Shown here in pieces: positions 19,539-30,071 of a stretch of DNA of 64,000 nucleotides. The DNA is from an uncultured archaeon. Lineage in GTDB: Archaea; Asgardarchaeota; Lokiarchaeia; Sigyniarchaeales; SOKP01. Position numbers and translations under genes: made by a program. Where the stretch lies: contig CAYLZE010000007.1 in NCBI GenBank assembly GCA_964388035.1, positions 1 through 64,000 of the forward strand, written 5' to 3'. Numbering within the stretch: position 1 is the first letter of the stretch; each line of letters begins with the position of its first letter. Below the pieces are notes generated by a model. The model made no database searches. It saw only the letters and a program-made list of their open reading frames with translations, and had not been told where the DNA came from.

Positions 19539-20690
19539 ATGAATTCTATTTTCTTTACAAATAAGCATGTTAATCTGCTTGAAGCAGCAGAAAAGTTCTT
19601 AATAAGTGCATTAGAGCCAATTAAGGATGAAATAAATCAAAAAGAAAAGATTCCCATAACAATCATCGAAAAAATGGGACAGCAAGGTTTTTTTGGTCCT
19701 CTTCTTCCAAAAGAATATGGCGGTTCTGAATTTGGCATGATTGCTCACTGTTTAATCACGGAACTCATATCGAGTTTCAATGTTGCTGTTTCTGTAACTC
19801 GAACTCCCTGTATCTTAGATGGTTATCTTCTAAATAAATACGGGTCGAAAGAATTAAAGGACAAGTATTTGAAAAATATCGCAACAGGAAAGAAGATTTG
19901 TAGTATTTGTGTAACTGAAGAGGAAGCAGGTTCCAATGTCGCAGGAATTAAAACCACAGCCCATAAAGTAGATGATTCTTACGTGTTAAACGGTTCAAAA
20001 AGATTCATAACAAATGCTGGAATCGCAGATTATTATTTCATTTGGTGCATAACAGATCATGGGGCAAATCCCCGAAATGGAATGAGTGTTTTCTTAGTGG
20101 AAAAAGATACACCAGGGTTGAAAATTGAAAATCCATATGGTTTAATGGGAATCCGAGGTTTATGGAATGGAATTTTAACTTTAGAGAATTTGAAGGTCCC
20201 TGAAGCCAACCGGATAGGAATGGAAGGAACGGGATTTTCCAGTTTGATGGACACGTTTAACGTGGAGAGATTAACCCTGAGTTCGGAATGTAACGGGATT
20301 TCTCTCGCAGCATTGAAAGATTCAAAACGATACGCAAAGAATAGAATTCAGTTTGAAAAATCCATTTCCTCATTCCAGCTCATAAAAGTTAAAATTGCTG
20401 AAATGGCTACTAAATTGCAGGCCGCCCGTTTATTGACTTATAGTGCTGCTAAATTAATGGAAATGAATAAAAACATTACTAAAGAAGCTTCAATGGCAAA
20501 GGCATTTTCCAGTAAAAGTGCTGTCGAAATTGCTTTAGAAGCTGTTCAAATACACGGAGGCGATGGATATACAGATGTTTATAGCGCGGAGAGATACTTG
20601 CGAGACGCAAAATTCTTCATGATTGGAGGAGGGACCACAGAAATCCAAAATCTCATCATTGCTCGGGAGGAATTAAAACAAAAAGAATAA
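19539..20690 (+). CDS. Acyl-CoA dehydrogenase
   Basis: PKEYGG, TEEEAGSN, NGSKRFITNA, RIQF, QIHGGDGY, RDAK...IGGGTTEIQ. Confidence 0.95.
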   Translation: MNSIFFTNKHVNLLEAAEKFLISALEPIKDEINQKEKIPITIIEKMGQQGFFGPLLPKEYGGSEFGMIAHCLITELISSFNVAVSVTRTPCILDGYLLNKYGSKELKDKYLKNIATGKKICSICVTEEEAGSNVAGIKTTAHKVDDSYVLNGSKRFITNAGIADYYFIWCITDHGANPRNGMSVFLVEKDTPGLKIENPYGLMGIRGLWNGILTLENLKVPEANRIGMEGTGFSSLMDTFNVERLTLSSECNGISLAALKDSKRYAKNRIQFEKSISSFQLIKVKIAEMATKLQAARLLTYSAAKLMEMNKNITKEASMAKAFSSKSAVEIALEAVQIHGGDGYTDVYSAERYLRDAKFFMIGGGTTEIQNLIIAREELKQKE

Positions 20691-20750
20691 GATTTAATTG
20701 CTGGAATTACTCCATATTAGTGCTTTTACAGAATCGATAAAAAGAAAAAC

Positions 20751-20772
20751 AAGGGAAAATAATTATTCCCTT
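20751..20772. terminator. Small hairpin between convergent genes
   Basis: AAGGGAA-N8-TTCCCTT inverted repeat, A-rich on the left and T-rich on the right. Confidence 0.35.
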
Positions 20773-20819
20773 TTACTTCCCTTTTTCTTTACTACTTTTT
20801 TAATAGTTGCTGATGGAAA

Positions 20820-21635
20820 TTATTGATTTAATCGTTTCAAAAGCAATAAATTTAATACTACTAATACCCAAGCTGAAAGAGAGAACATGAGAAGCCATTC
20901 CCAAAAAGGAGCCCATTGCCAGAGAGGTAAAAAAGTCCAAAATGGTTCATTGATAGCCCAAAGATATGGAACCGTATAAAAGAAACCGAAGAATATTGGA
21001 GTTAATATCCAAGAATTAATAGCCAATAATACACGCGCAATAAGCGAGTGTTTTAGACCAATTTGGGTTTTTAGAATATCCGGAAAAATTATGAATTGGG
21101 ATGCAACAAGAATTCCAGCGATCATAAAAAAGGTAAAAGCAAAATCTGCAACAATATCGTGCCATGGATAACCGAAAGGAAATAACATATCAAATTCTTC
21201 CCCTACATCTTCAGAAAATACTCCCGTTAAAAAGAGTCCACAAAGTGCAATATACATGCTGATTAGTGTCAAATTCGCTAAAACATTTCTCAACTTGCTC
21301 AAGCCATCACCTTTTAAGACTTTTTTTAAAAATAAAACAGCCGGAACCATTAATATGGAAGTTTCCATCATTGCAAAATCCAGAATGATTGGCATTGGAG
21401 TAAATCGTAGAGAACCTAAATCACTTATATAGTTGATAAGAAAACTATATCCCGCAGGATCATAACCTGGTCCCGCTGGATCCAATTGCGCTACAAGATA
21501 TGCAAGTGCAACACCTAAAACCCAAACTAAAGTTGCACTAATGACGCAAAATTTTACAACTTTGGGATTTATTAGACTATTATAGACTTGATTTTTCTTA
21601 TTCATGATTCTATCTTTAAAACTCAATTTTCTCAA
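20820..21635 (-). CDS. DUF998/Frag1-like membrane protein (paralog of 8090..8791)
   Basis: LINPKVVK, NYISDLGS, TPMPIILD, GVFSED, WEWLLMFS shared with 8090..8791. Confidence 0.7.
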   Translation of the reverse strand: MRKLSFKDRIMNKKNQVYNSLINPKVVKFCVISATLVWVLGVALAYLVAQLDPAGPGYDPAGYSFLINYISDLGSLRFTPMPIILDFAMMETSILMVPAVLFLKKVLKGDGLSKLRNVLANLTLISMYIALCGLFLTGVFSEDVGEEFDMLFPFGYPWHDIVADFAFTFFMIAGILVASQFIIFPDILKTQIGLKHSLIARVLLAINSWILTPIFFGFFYTVPYLWAINEPFWTFLPLWQWAPFWEWLLMFSLSAWVLVVLNLLLLKRLNQ

Positions 21636-21750
21636 CCTTTATTCATTTATTTATATATTGACTCTCACAACTATATAAAGGTTGAGATTAGAATAGTTCA
21701 AAACTTCATAAATAAGATTAAAACTAAATTAAACATTTGAATAAACTAAT

Positions 21751-23316
21751 ATGAAAATTATTATCATCGGTTCCGGTTTATCTGGACTCACAGCAGGTGC
21801 GCTCTTGGCAAAAGAAGGCCATTCGGTTAGCATTTATGAACAAAATGAAAAAATCGGGGGCGTGACAGCGACAATTGAAAAAAATGGTTATAAATGGGAT
21901 TGGGGACAAATGCTAGTTCCTGATCTCAGTGAAGGAGAACCTGGCAGGAAAATTTTAGACAATCTTGGAATATCAGATAGAGTCAAAACGATTAAATCTT
22001 ATCGGGAATATTACTTTCCAGATTTTAAAATACAACGCCCTAAACAATATCAAGGAATTTATTGGCGAAAACAATTCCTTATAAATCTATTTCCAAAAGA
22101 GGAAAAGGGATTAGAAAAATATTATAAAATTTATGATCGTGTCTATGATTTAATTGGTCTTTCTCAACAAACAGGGTTGCTTTCCAAACTAAAATTAGCT
22201 CTCACTTTTTTACCTTTATTGAGAAAAAAAGGATGGACTGCTAAGCAGTTAATGGACTATTGTTTTTCGGATAATAAACTAAAGTCCGTTTTCACGCATA
22301 TTCTTGCAGATTATACTTCTGCCCCTGAAGATTTCCCTGGTTTAATTATCCCAATAATCAACGCTGAAAATCAATTTGACGAGAGGGTCCCCTTGAAATA
22401 CGGGAAGCATCAAAAGAGATCTTCGTGGGTGTTTGTTAAAAATGGATATGGTGAATTAGTAAACGCTTTAGCCCAGGCAGTAAAACAAAATGGCGGTGAA
22501 ATCGTTACAAATACTGCAGTAACGAAAATAAATGTCAAGGAAGGAACTATTAAATCTATTAACACGTCTAAGGGAGAGGAAGTTTTTATCGATAAAATAA
22601 TTGCAAGTGGAGGTGCTCGAGAGTTATTTTTAAATTTGATAGGACAAGATTTATTGCCTCAAGATTTTATCGAAACCTATCTCAACCATTTAAATCTGAC
22701 TGATTCTGTATTCATGGTACATTTAGGCGTTGATTATGATCCTTCCATTTACCAGAACGGAGCCCCCTTATGTTATTATTATCTCTCTTATGACCTCAAG
22801 GATACGCTTAAAAAACTTAGAGAAGGTTTTTATCATGGCGGAGAGGAAGGATTTTTAGTCTACATACCTACAAAACACTCTCCAGAGATGGCCCCATCTG
22901 GGCACCATGCTATTACTATTTATACTATCGCCCCTAATGAACCTATAAATGGCACGTGGGAGGAAAATAAAGAAGAATGGGCAGAGAAGCTTCTTGACAT
23001 TGCGGAAAGATATATACCAGAATTGCGAGCTCATGAAAAAACAAGATTAATCTTAACTCCCGTTGACTTTAAAAAGCGAACATTTCTTAAGCGACATGCA
23101 TTTGGAGGTACTGTCCCTCATATGAAAATATCTCCTCCACCCCATGAAACGCCAATTCAAGGGCTATGGTTTGTTGGAGCCCAAAGCGAGACTTTTGGAG
23201 GCGTTACTGCTGCAATGGAAGGTGCCAAAAACGTTGTAGAAAGAATATTAAAGAATTCCTCTAATGAGACAAATCAATCCGAACAAGTAAGTTTTTCTAA
23301 ATTTAGTAAGAAATGA
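21751..23316 (+). CDS. Phytoene desaturase/retinol saturase-family FAD oxidoreductase
   Basis: IIGSGLSGL..GA, E....IGG, SVFMVHLG, P.MAP.G, TPIQGLWFVG, GGV. Confidence 0.9.
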   Translation: MKIIIIGSGLSGLTAGALLAKEGHSVSIYEQNEKIGGVTATIEKNGYKWDWGQMLVPDLSEGEPGRKILDNLGISDRVKTIKSYREYYFPDFKIQRPKQYQGIYWRKQFLINLFPKEEKGLEKYYKIYDRVYDLIGLSQQTGLLSKLKLALTFLPLLRKKGWTAKQLMDYCFSDNKLKSVFTHILADYTSAPEDFPGLIIPIINAENQFDERVPLKYGKHQKRSSWVFVKNGYGELVNALAQAVKQNGGEIVTNTAVTKINVKEGTIKSINTSKGEEVFIDKIIASGGARELFLNLIGQDLLPQDFIETYLNHLNLTDSVFMVHLGVDYDPSIYQNGAPLCYYYLSYDLKDTLKKLREGFYHGGEEGFLVYIPTKHSPEMAPSGHHAITIYTIAPNEPINGTWEENKEEWAEKLLDIAERYIPELRAHEKTRLILTPVDFKKRTFLKRHAFGGTVPHMKISPPPHETPIQGLWFVGAQSETFGGVTAAMEGAKNVVERILKNSSNETNQSEQVSFSKFSKK

Positions 23317-23323
23317 ATAGTTG

Positions 23324-23681
23324 TTATTCTAATTTCCCTTATGCATTTTTCCAGATATTAGCTTGCTTGAAAAATTCCAAATAGCCCATATCTCTGATAA
23401 ATTCAATTGATTGCTTACATTTCTTATATTTATATCCATTTTTATTGAAAAAAGAATTTATAATATCGCAGGGGGTTAAATCTTGGCAATCAGAACAGTA
23501 GATAAGATTTTTACCCTGAAAACAACACGATTTGATCCGGCATTTTGCTCTATTGATATCTCTTTCTCCCTTATCAAATCCCAATTTACAACCGTTACAA
23601 ATCTGATTAATGTATTCTTTAGAAGTTTTGCAATAAGCTCCGCAACATCCTACATATTCTTTTTAAATTTTCTTTACTCAT
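23324..23681 (-). pseudogene. DUF3795-like Cys-rich protein pseudogene
   Basis: ATG 23681 (MSKENLK) is out of frame with YVGCCGAYCKTSKEY..CNGCKLGFDKGERD..KCRIKSCC. A premature TAA at 23339-23341 interrupts WKNA*GKLE*. Confidence 0.75.
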
Positions 23682-23834
23682 AAATATCCTATTAATCCAT
23701 TATTCTTAATCCATTATTTTTATTCTTTTTAAAATTTGAAGTCAATTTAAAAAAAAGAGAGCAATTGTTATGAAAAAAAGCTTTAAAGAGAATTTAAAAA
23801 TCTTTGGTAAAGAATAATAAAAAAATTAAAAAGA

Positions 23835-24686
23835 CTAATAATTATAGAAACCTTTTCCCGTCTTTCTTCCTAAAAGCTTTGCATTTACCATTTGTTTTAA
23901 AAGAGGACTCGGAAGATATTTACTTCCCAATTCCCCTGTTAAATATTCGCCTATATGCAAATAAATTTCATTTGAGACCAAATCGGATAATTCTAAAGGA
24001 CCCATGGGAAAGTTAAACGCTAGTTTGCAGGCAGTGTCGATGTCTTCAGCACTTGCAATACCTTCTCTTAGCATGTTGATGGCTTCATTACACATCACGT
24101 AAATTAATCGCGTTGTGACAAATCCAGGCGAGTCTTTAACGGTTACAACTTTTTTATTTAATTGTTCCGAAAATTCTTTGGATACGGCCAGAGTCTCGGC
24201 CGAAGTATTTAACCCACTAATGAGTTCAATAAGTTTCATGATAGGAGCGGGATTAAAAAAATGTATTCCAACAATTCGATGTTGATGTTGCGCTTTTGAA
24301 GCAATTTCAGTGATGCTTAACGATGAGGTGTTGCTTGCCAAGACGACATTTTCAGGGCATTTTTGATCCAATTCTTGAAAAAGGTTCTTTTTCAATTCCA
24401 TGTCCTCAAATACAGCTTCTATAACCATTTGCACGCCTTTTACAGCTGCATCGCGATCTGTTAATATAGTAATTCTACTTAAAATCTCTTCTGCCTCGTT
24501 TAAAGAGAGTTTATTTTTCTGAACAAAAAACCTGTCCAAATTTTTTTTTATTGACTCTTTAGCTTTCTGCAATATTTCGCTAGTCAAGTCCACCAGGTTC
24601 ACATTAAGTCCATGCATCGCTATTAATTGGGCAATGCCTGCCCCCATTGTTCCCGCTCCGAGAACACATACACTCTTTATGTCCAT
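23835..24686 (-). CDS. 3-hydroxyacyl-CoA dehydrogenase
   Basis: GAGTMGAGIA, VIEAVFE, ASNTSSLSI, HFFNPAP, FPMGP, LGRKTGKGFY. ATG 24686 preferred. Confidence 0.95.
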   Translation of the reverse strand: MDIKSVCVLGAGTMGAGIAQLIAMHGLNVNLVDLTSEILQKAKESIKKNLDRFFVQKNKLSLNEAEEILSRITILTDRDAAVKGVQMVIEAVFEDMELKKNLFQELDQKCPENVVLASNTSSLSITEIASKAQHQHRIVGIHFFNPAPIMKLIELISGLNTSAETLAVSKEFSEQLNKKVVTVKDSPGFVTTRLIYVMCNEAINMLREGIASAEDIDTACKLAFNFPMGPLELSDLVSNEIYLHIGEYLTGELGSKYLPSPLLKQMVNAKLLGRKTGKGFYNY

Positions 24687-24694
24687 TTTTTCCT

Positions 24695-25483
24695 TCACTC
24701 CCTATATTGATTAAAATTAGGTTTTCTTTTTTCCAGAAAAGCATTCTTTCCTTCAACTGCTTCATCCGTACCATAATACAAGGACAACCCTCCGACACCT
24801 AATTGGGTAACACCCGTGGTACCATCCGTTTCTGCTAAGAATGCATATTTTAGCATTTTCAATGCAGTTGGGCTTCGTTCTAATAATTCTTGACACCAGG
24901 TATTTACCTCATCATCGAGCTTTTCATATGGAACTACTTGATTCACTAATCCCATTTCTAATGCTTGTTGCGCTGTATATCTACGACAGAGATACCATAT
25001 TTCTTTTGCCCTTTTAATTCCTACCGCCCTCATTAAATCTCCCGTTCCATAACCTGGGTCAAATGATCCCACACGCGGACCAGCTTGTCCAAGTTGGGCA
25101 TGCTCTGCTGCAATACTGAGATCACAAGTTACATGCCATACATGACCCCCACCTATCGCATAACCATTTACCCGAGCGATAACGGGCTTGGGAAGTGTCC
25201 GAATCTGATGTGTTACATGTTGCCAACCAACTTCTAAAGGCAATTGGTATTCTCCTTTATATCCTCCTTTTTCTCTAGTAGTTTGATCCCCGCCCGTACA
25301 GAAAGCTTTATCCCCAGCACCAGTAAACACTACCACGCCGATACTCTTGTCCATGCATCTATTAAACGCATCTATCAACTCATGCACAGTATTTTGCGTG
25401 CAAGCATTATAGCGTTGAGGGCGATTAATAGTTATGCGGGCAATTTTCCCTTCTTTTTCAAATATAATATCTTCATAATTCAA
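24695..25483 (-). CDS. MenB/BadI-type crotonase (DHNA-CoA synthase or 2-ketocyclohexanecarboxyl-CoA hydrolase)
   Basis: AFCTGGDQ, GYAIGGGHV, GPRVGSFDPGYG, EIWYLCRRY, LYY.TDEA.EG..AFLEKRKP. Confidence 0.88.
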   Translation of the reverse strand: MNYEDIIFEKEGKIARITINRPQRYNACTQNTVHELIDAFNRCMDKSIGVVVFTGAGDKAFCTGGDQTTREKGGYKGEYQLPLEVGWQHVTHQIRTLPKPVIARVNGYAIGGGHVWHVTCDLSIAAEHAQLGQAGPRVGSFDPGYGTGDLMRAVGIKRAKEIWYLCRRYTAQQALEMGLVNQVVPYEKLDDEVNTWCQELLERSPTALKMLKYAFLAETDGTTGVTQLGVGGLSLYYGTDEAVEGKNAFLEKRKPNFNQYRE

Positions 25484-25669
25484 CTTTCTTTCACCATCAA
25501 ATTTCTTCTTTTCTTGATAATAATCATTCTTTAAACTATTTAAGTATTTTAAATATGTTTCTTACATGGAAATTTAGGGGAATTATTACTTCAAAAAAGT
25601 GAAAAATAAACATGTTTTTTACCCAAAAGATTGAAAATAAAAGAAGTCTGAAAACTTTACCATATCTCT

Positions 25670-25821
25670 TTATTCTATCCATTCGAGTTCTCCATATTAA
25701 TCAATCTCAGTTCTTAATACACTCTCGATTTCTTTGAGAAGTTGAAGAGTGGTTTTTACAATATTATAACAAGGTTTTCCTTTCAGAACTTTTTTTAATT
25801 CGGAAATAAAAGTTAGTAAAT
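25670..25821 (-). pseudogene. C-terminal half of a DUF1801-like gene
   Basis: FISELKKVLKGKPCYNIVKTTLQLLKEIESVLRTEID*YGELEWIE* resembles the L.GKSCF.IK...Y....W C-terminus of that family. Confidence 0.65.
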
Positions 25822-25944
25822 AACGATTTCTTTTATACATTGATAAATCATTATTAAATTGAAAATATTTTAAGTATCACAAATAAAGATCCACATGAAG
25901 AAAAAAGTGTAGAAAGAAGCATTCCGAAATGAACACCATAGAAA

Positions 25945-27123
25945 ATGTATTTAGAAAGAGAAATTGAACAATATATCCAAGAAATATGTAAAAAAGTTGG
26001 GCCTCGTCCTCCTTGTAGCAAGAAAGAAGCAGAATTAGCAGAACTTTTTCGTGTTAAACTTGAAGGCTTAAGGAGTGATGTTCATATTGAAAAGTTTTTT
26101 ACCCATCCTGGTGCTTATAAAGTATCGTTCAGATTACCGATTTTTTTCTATTTTCTCTCTATTGGACTGTTTTGGTACTTTCCCCTATTAAGTTTAATAT
26201 TCTCTTTATTTGGTTTTTTAATTTTATTTGGGGAGATGAGTTTGTCCAAAGAAGTAATTGATATATTTTTTCCAAAGAAAGAGTCGAAAAATGTAATTTG
26301 TAAGATTAAGCCAAGTAACCCTGCAAAAGATTTATTAATTATCGGTTCTCATCTTGATTCCAATTGGGAATTTCCTTTGATCAGAAGGTTAAAAAATAAA
26401 TTCATGTGGATTATTGCCTTCAATATTTTTCTTAATGGATTATTATTGGTAATGATAAGTTTGAAAAATATTTTAATTTTAATGCAAATTGACAATACAT
26501 TAAGTATAATAGAATCTACGTTTTTCATAATACTATTAATTCTTAGTCCAATACCAATAATTCAATTACTCTTTATCATTTCAAATCGTCCCGTAATGGG
26601 GGCAAATGATAATTTATCTGGAATGGCAGTGTGCTATGAAATTGTTAAATTTTTAAAATCTTCAGAATTCAAATTAAAAAATTTGGAAGTGTGGATTTGT
26701 GCTTTTGGGTGCGAAGAAATTGGTTCAAAAGGAAGTAAAGCTTTTATTCGAGATCATTTTGATGACATTAAAAACGCTAAAGTAATAAATCTCGATATGA
26801 TAGGATGTAAAAATGGAGAGATTATCATTGGAACCTCAGAAATTTCAGGAATAGTAAAATTGGATAAGAAGATTGTTAAGATCATCCATAATTCAGCAAG
26901 AGAATGTAATATTAAAGTAAAAACGAATTCTTTAATGGGATTCACGGATTCTTTAAGTTTTGCTAGAAGGAATATATCAGCCGCTTCTATTATAAGCTTA
27001 CCGGTGAATATGATGGAATTCTACTATCATACTAGGGATGATGTAATTGAAAATCTAAGTTATGAAAATATTATTAATGTATATAAAATCTGTGTCAGAA
27101 TAATAAAGAATTTAGATTGTTAA
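25945..27123 (+). CDS. M28-family metallopeptidase with TM insertions
   Basis: GPR, SHLDS, GANDNLSG, GCEEIG, NLDMIG, YYHT.DD. Confidence 0.9.
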   Translation: MYLEREIEQYIQEICKKVGPRPPCSKKEAELAELFRVKLEGLRSDVHIEKFFTHPGAYKVSFRLPIFFYFLSIGLFWYFPLLSLIFSLFGFLILFGEMSLSKEVIDIFFPKKESKNVICKIKPSNPAKDLLIIGSHLDSNWEFPLIRRLKNKFMWIIAFNIFLNGLLLVMISLKNILILMQIDNTLSIIESTFFIILLILSPIPIIQLLFIISNRPVMGANDNLSGMAVCYEIVKFLKSSEFKLKNLEVWICAFGCEEIGSKGSKAFIRDHFDDIKNAKVINLDMIGCKNGEIIIGTSEISGIVKLDKKIVKIIHNSARECNIKVKTNSLMGFTDSLSFARRNISAASIISLPVNMMEFYYHTRDDVIENLSYENIINVYKICVRIIKNLDC

Positions 27124-27182
27124 AACTTGTTTAAATTTTAAATTAAAAAACATATATAATTTTATATTAAAGTGATTCTTAA

Positions 27183-28325
27183 ATGCCCATTATTTATAGA
27201 CATTATCGTAATGGCGATGATGAACAATTAGCCGATCTATTTAATAGGGCATTCCAAATGAATGGCGGAAGCATTGTAAAAACATCCAAATCTTGGAATT
27301 GGAGGTATGTTCAATCTCCTGGCTTTGAGCCTGAAATGGTTCAAATAGCAGAGGACTTAGAATCGAATTTGATAGTGGGTTCTGTTCATGCAAATTTAAT
27401 CGAAAATATAATAGTTGATGGCAAGAAATATCTAACTGGAGATATTAATGATGTAGCTTGTCATCCAGATTATACTAAGAAAGGAATTGCAAAGAATTTA
27501 ATGGAAATGGCAATAAACTACATGAAAGATAAGGGATGTGCTATTTCATTACTAAGTGCGAGCTATAACAGTTTTACTAGGCAAAAGCTTTATTCCAAAT
27601 TAGGATATCAAGATTTTAAAAGAGAATTATTAAGTGTTCAATTTCCAAATATTATTCAATTTTTGAAAAATTTACCGATCTTTACATTTATTTTTCCCGC
27701 TCTGCTAACCATTTCTTATCTTCCACGATTTTTTAATAGAATGAGAATAAGATTTAATTCCTTTTTTAACGATTTTTCTTATGAAATCATTTACAATAGA
27801 AAACACAATATTTACATGAATGCAGCAAATAGTATAATTCGGAAATATTATTCTGGTTTTCGAGAATATGATAGAGACAAAGTATTATGGGCTCGTATAA
27901 ATGTTCCAGCTCTCCAACAAAGACCTACTTATGTCTTTATGAAAAAAGCAAATAAAGTGATTGCTGGAGCCATTCTTACCCATTTAAATCTATATGCTTT
28001 TAAGTTTGGAGTTAAAATGCGTTTAGGTATAATTAATGAAATATTTCTGGATGAGAAAATATTTAAAAATAAGAGAAATCTTCATTTTGGCTATATCTAT
28101 TTAATTGATAAGGTTATAAAAGCCGCTACTCAACGATTTATTGGAATTATTATTTCAAGATCGGATTATCAAAATGAAGCATTAATGAATGGTTTTAAAG
28201 GCTTGAATTTTTTCACATTTAAAAATGACATGGTAATGATTAAAAAAATAAAAGAAGACATTAAATTTCCAAAATTAAAAAGACCATTTTACATTCCTAC
28301 AAGTTTAACTTTAAGCATTCCTTAA
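27183..28325 (+). CDS. GNAT-family N-acetyltransferase
   Basis: Motif A VACHPDYTKKGIA and motif B LYSKLGY. Confidence 0.88.
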   Translation: MPIIYRHYRNGDDEQLADLFNRAFQMNGGSIVKTSKSWNWRYVQSPGFEPEMVQIAEDLESNLIVGSVHANLIENIIVDGKKYLTGDINDVACHPDYTKKGIAKNLMEMAINYMKDKGCAISLLSASYNSFTRQKLYSKLGYQDFKRELLSVQFPNIIQFLKNLPIFTFIFPALLTISYLPRFFNRMRIRFNSFFNDFSYEIIYNRKHNIYMNAANSIIRKYYSGFREYDRDKVLWARINVPALQQRPTYVFMKKANKVIAGAILTHLNLYAFKFGVKMRLGIINEIFLDEKIFKNKRNLHFGYIYLIDKVIKAATQRFIGIIISRSDYQNEALMNGFKGLNFFTFKNDMVMIKKIKEDIKFPKLKRPFYIPTSLTLSIP

Positions 28326-28451
28326 AGAGTAAAGGAACTTACTTAAATGATTATATTTTCATTGATAGCATAAAACTATAGATGAAAAGATAATAAATAT
28401 ATGATTTTAAAAAAATTATAATAATGCTATTGTTTATTTATATTAGTTTGA

Positions 28452-29951
28452 ATGAGAAATGAAAGGGAATTAACCATGTCTTTATATGATGAATTAGCTA
28501 ACGTTGTAGGAAATAAGTATTGCAGTGATAAGGATTGCGTGTGCATAGCGTATTCGAGAGGATTAGATCCTTGTTTACCCGAAATCCTCCCCCAGATTGT
28601 TATTCGCCCAGAATCAACGGAACAAATAGTTGAAATTTTGCGAATAGCTAATAAATACAAGACTCCGATTCTTCCCAGAGGAGGAGGGTGTGATTTAATG
28701 GGGGGTAGTAAGCCGATTAATAATGAAACTATTGTAATTGATTTAACCAGAATGGATAAAATTTTAGATATCGATGAGGAAAATTATACAGTCACGGTAC
28801 AATGTGGAATTAATTGGTCACGACTTAATTCCAGACTATTTGATAAGGGATTTTATACGGGTAACATGGGCCCTGGTTCTGGTCTTAATGCTTCGATTGG
28901 AGGGGGATTATCTCATCATTCAGGAGGCGGAGGCGGATGTGCCAAATATGGTAAATGTACCGAAAATTGCGTTGGATTAGAAGTGGTATTAAGCACGGGA
29001 GAAGTAATTAAACTTGGCTCCGAGGAAAATAAATTTGTTTCGAAACCTTTTGCTCGACTTGGTATGGGTCCAGATTTAATGGGGATTTTCCTTGGAGATA
29101 ATGGTACCATGGGAGTAAAAGCTACAGCAACGATGAAGATATATCCGAAACCAATCTATTTTTCGGGCAAAACCTACCACATAGCTGATCATCCTTATGA
29201 AAATACCCAAAAAATAGTGAAAGAAATGAAGAAGTTGGGATGGTCACGTGAATTAGGCATCTATGATTTTTTCTTTACTCCACCTCCCGCTCTCATGGGT
29301 ATTACGACCGACAAATTGATTGAATCTTGGGGAGATATCAAGGGAGGTGTCATTTTTTATGTAACGGAAGCGTTTGATCAAAAAGTTTTGGACAGAAATT
29401 CTGAAATATTAGAAGGTATTGCTAAAAGATATTCAACCTCAGAATTAGGTCCCAGTCTTGAAGAGGGTAACATAACAACCTGGTTTTATAAAGAACAAGG
29501 TCATTGGCAAGTGTACCATCCATTATTTTCAATTTGTGGTCCCGGATATTATGCTACTTCAACAGAGGTGATTGTCCCAGTTTCAAAATTTCCAGAAATT
29601 CTCCATAAATTGGACTTATGGGAAGAAGAAAAAAATGAAGAGCTTTTTGAGGCTGATGCCGAAGCGGGAACTAGCCATATTGTATTTTTAAATGATAATA
29701 GCTGTTATATCGGGAGCGGGTTGATTGCTACATCTAATGAGGAATTAAAAGAAGATGTCATTGCACTCTGGAAAGATCAATTTGAATATTTACTTAAAGA
29801 GGGGGGTATACTCTACATGTGTGGGCAAATTGGGTCGAATACGTTAGTAGATTCCAGAGTTTATGATGAAAGATTTTATGCTTTCTTCAAAAGAGTTAAG
29901 GATTTGGTTGATCCGAATCACATTTTAAGTCCTGGAAAATTTAGATTTTAA
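28452..29951 (+). CDS. FAD-binding oxidoreductase (GlcD/D-lactate dehydrogenase-like)
   Basis: PRGGG, DLTRMDKI, ASIGG, GLEVVL.TG, C-terminal DPNHILSPGK. Confidence 0.9.
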   Translation: MRNERELTMSLYDELANVVGNKYCSDKDCVCIAYSRGLDPCLPEILPQIVIRPESTEQIVEILRIANKYKTPILPRGGGCDLMGGSKPINNETIVIDLTRMDKILDIDEENYTVTVQCGINWSRLNSRLFDKGFYTGNMGPGSGLNASIGGGLSHHSGGGGGCAKYGKCTENCVGLEVVLSTGEVIKLGSEENKFVSKPFARLGMGPDLMGIFLGDNGTMGVKATATMKIYPKPIYFSGKTYHIADHPYENTQKIVKEMKKLGWSRELGIYDFFFTPPPALMGITTDKLIESWGDIKGGVIFYVTEAFDQKVLDRNSEILEGIAKRYSTSELGPSLEEGNITTWFYKEQGHWQVYHPLFSICGPGYYATSTEVIVPVSKFPEILHKLDLWEEEKNEELFEADAEAGTSHIVFLNDNSCYIGSGLIATSNEELKEDVIALWKDQFEYLLKEGGILYMCGQIGSNTLVDSRVYDERFYAFFKRVKDLVDPNHILSPGKFRF

Positions 29952-30071
29952 ATTATTTTAATTTAGAAGTCTATCATAATGTATCTACGAAATAAATATT
30001 ATTTAATACATGATATAAGATGTTAGAAATAAGGTAATTAAAATAAAATTTGGAAAAAAAAAGAGAATTTC

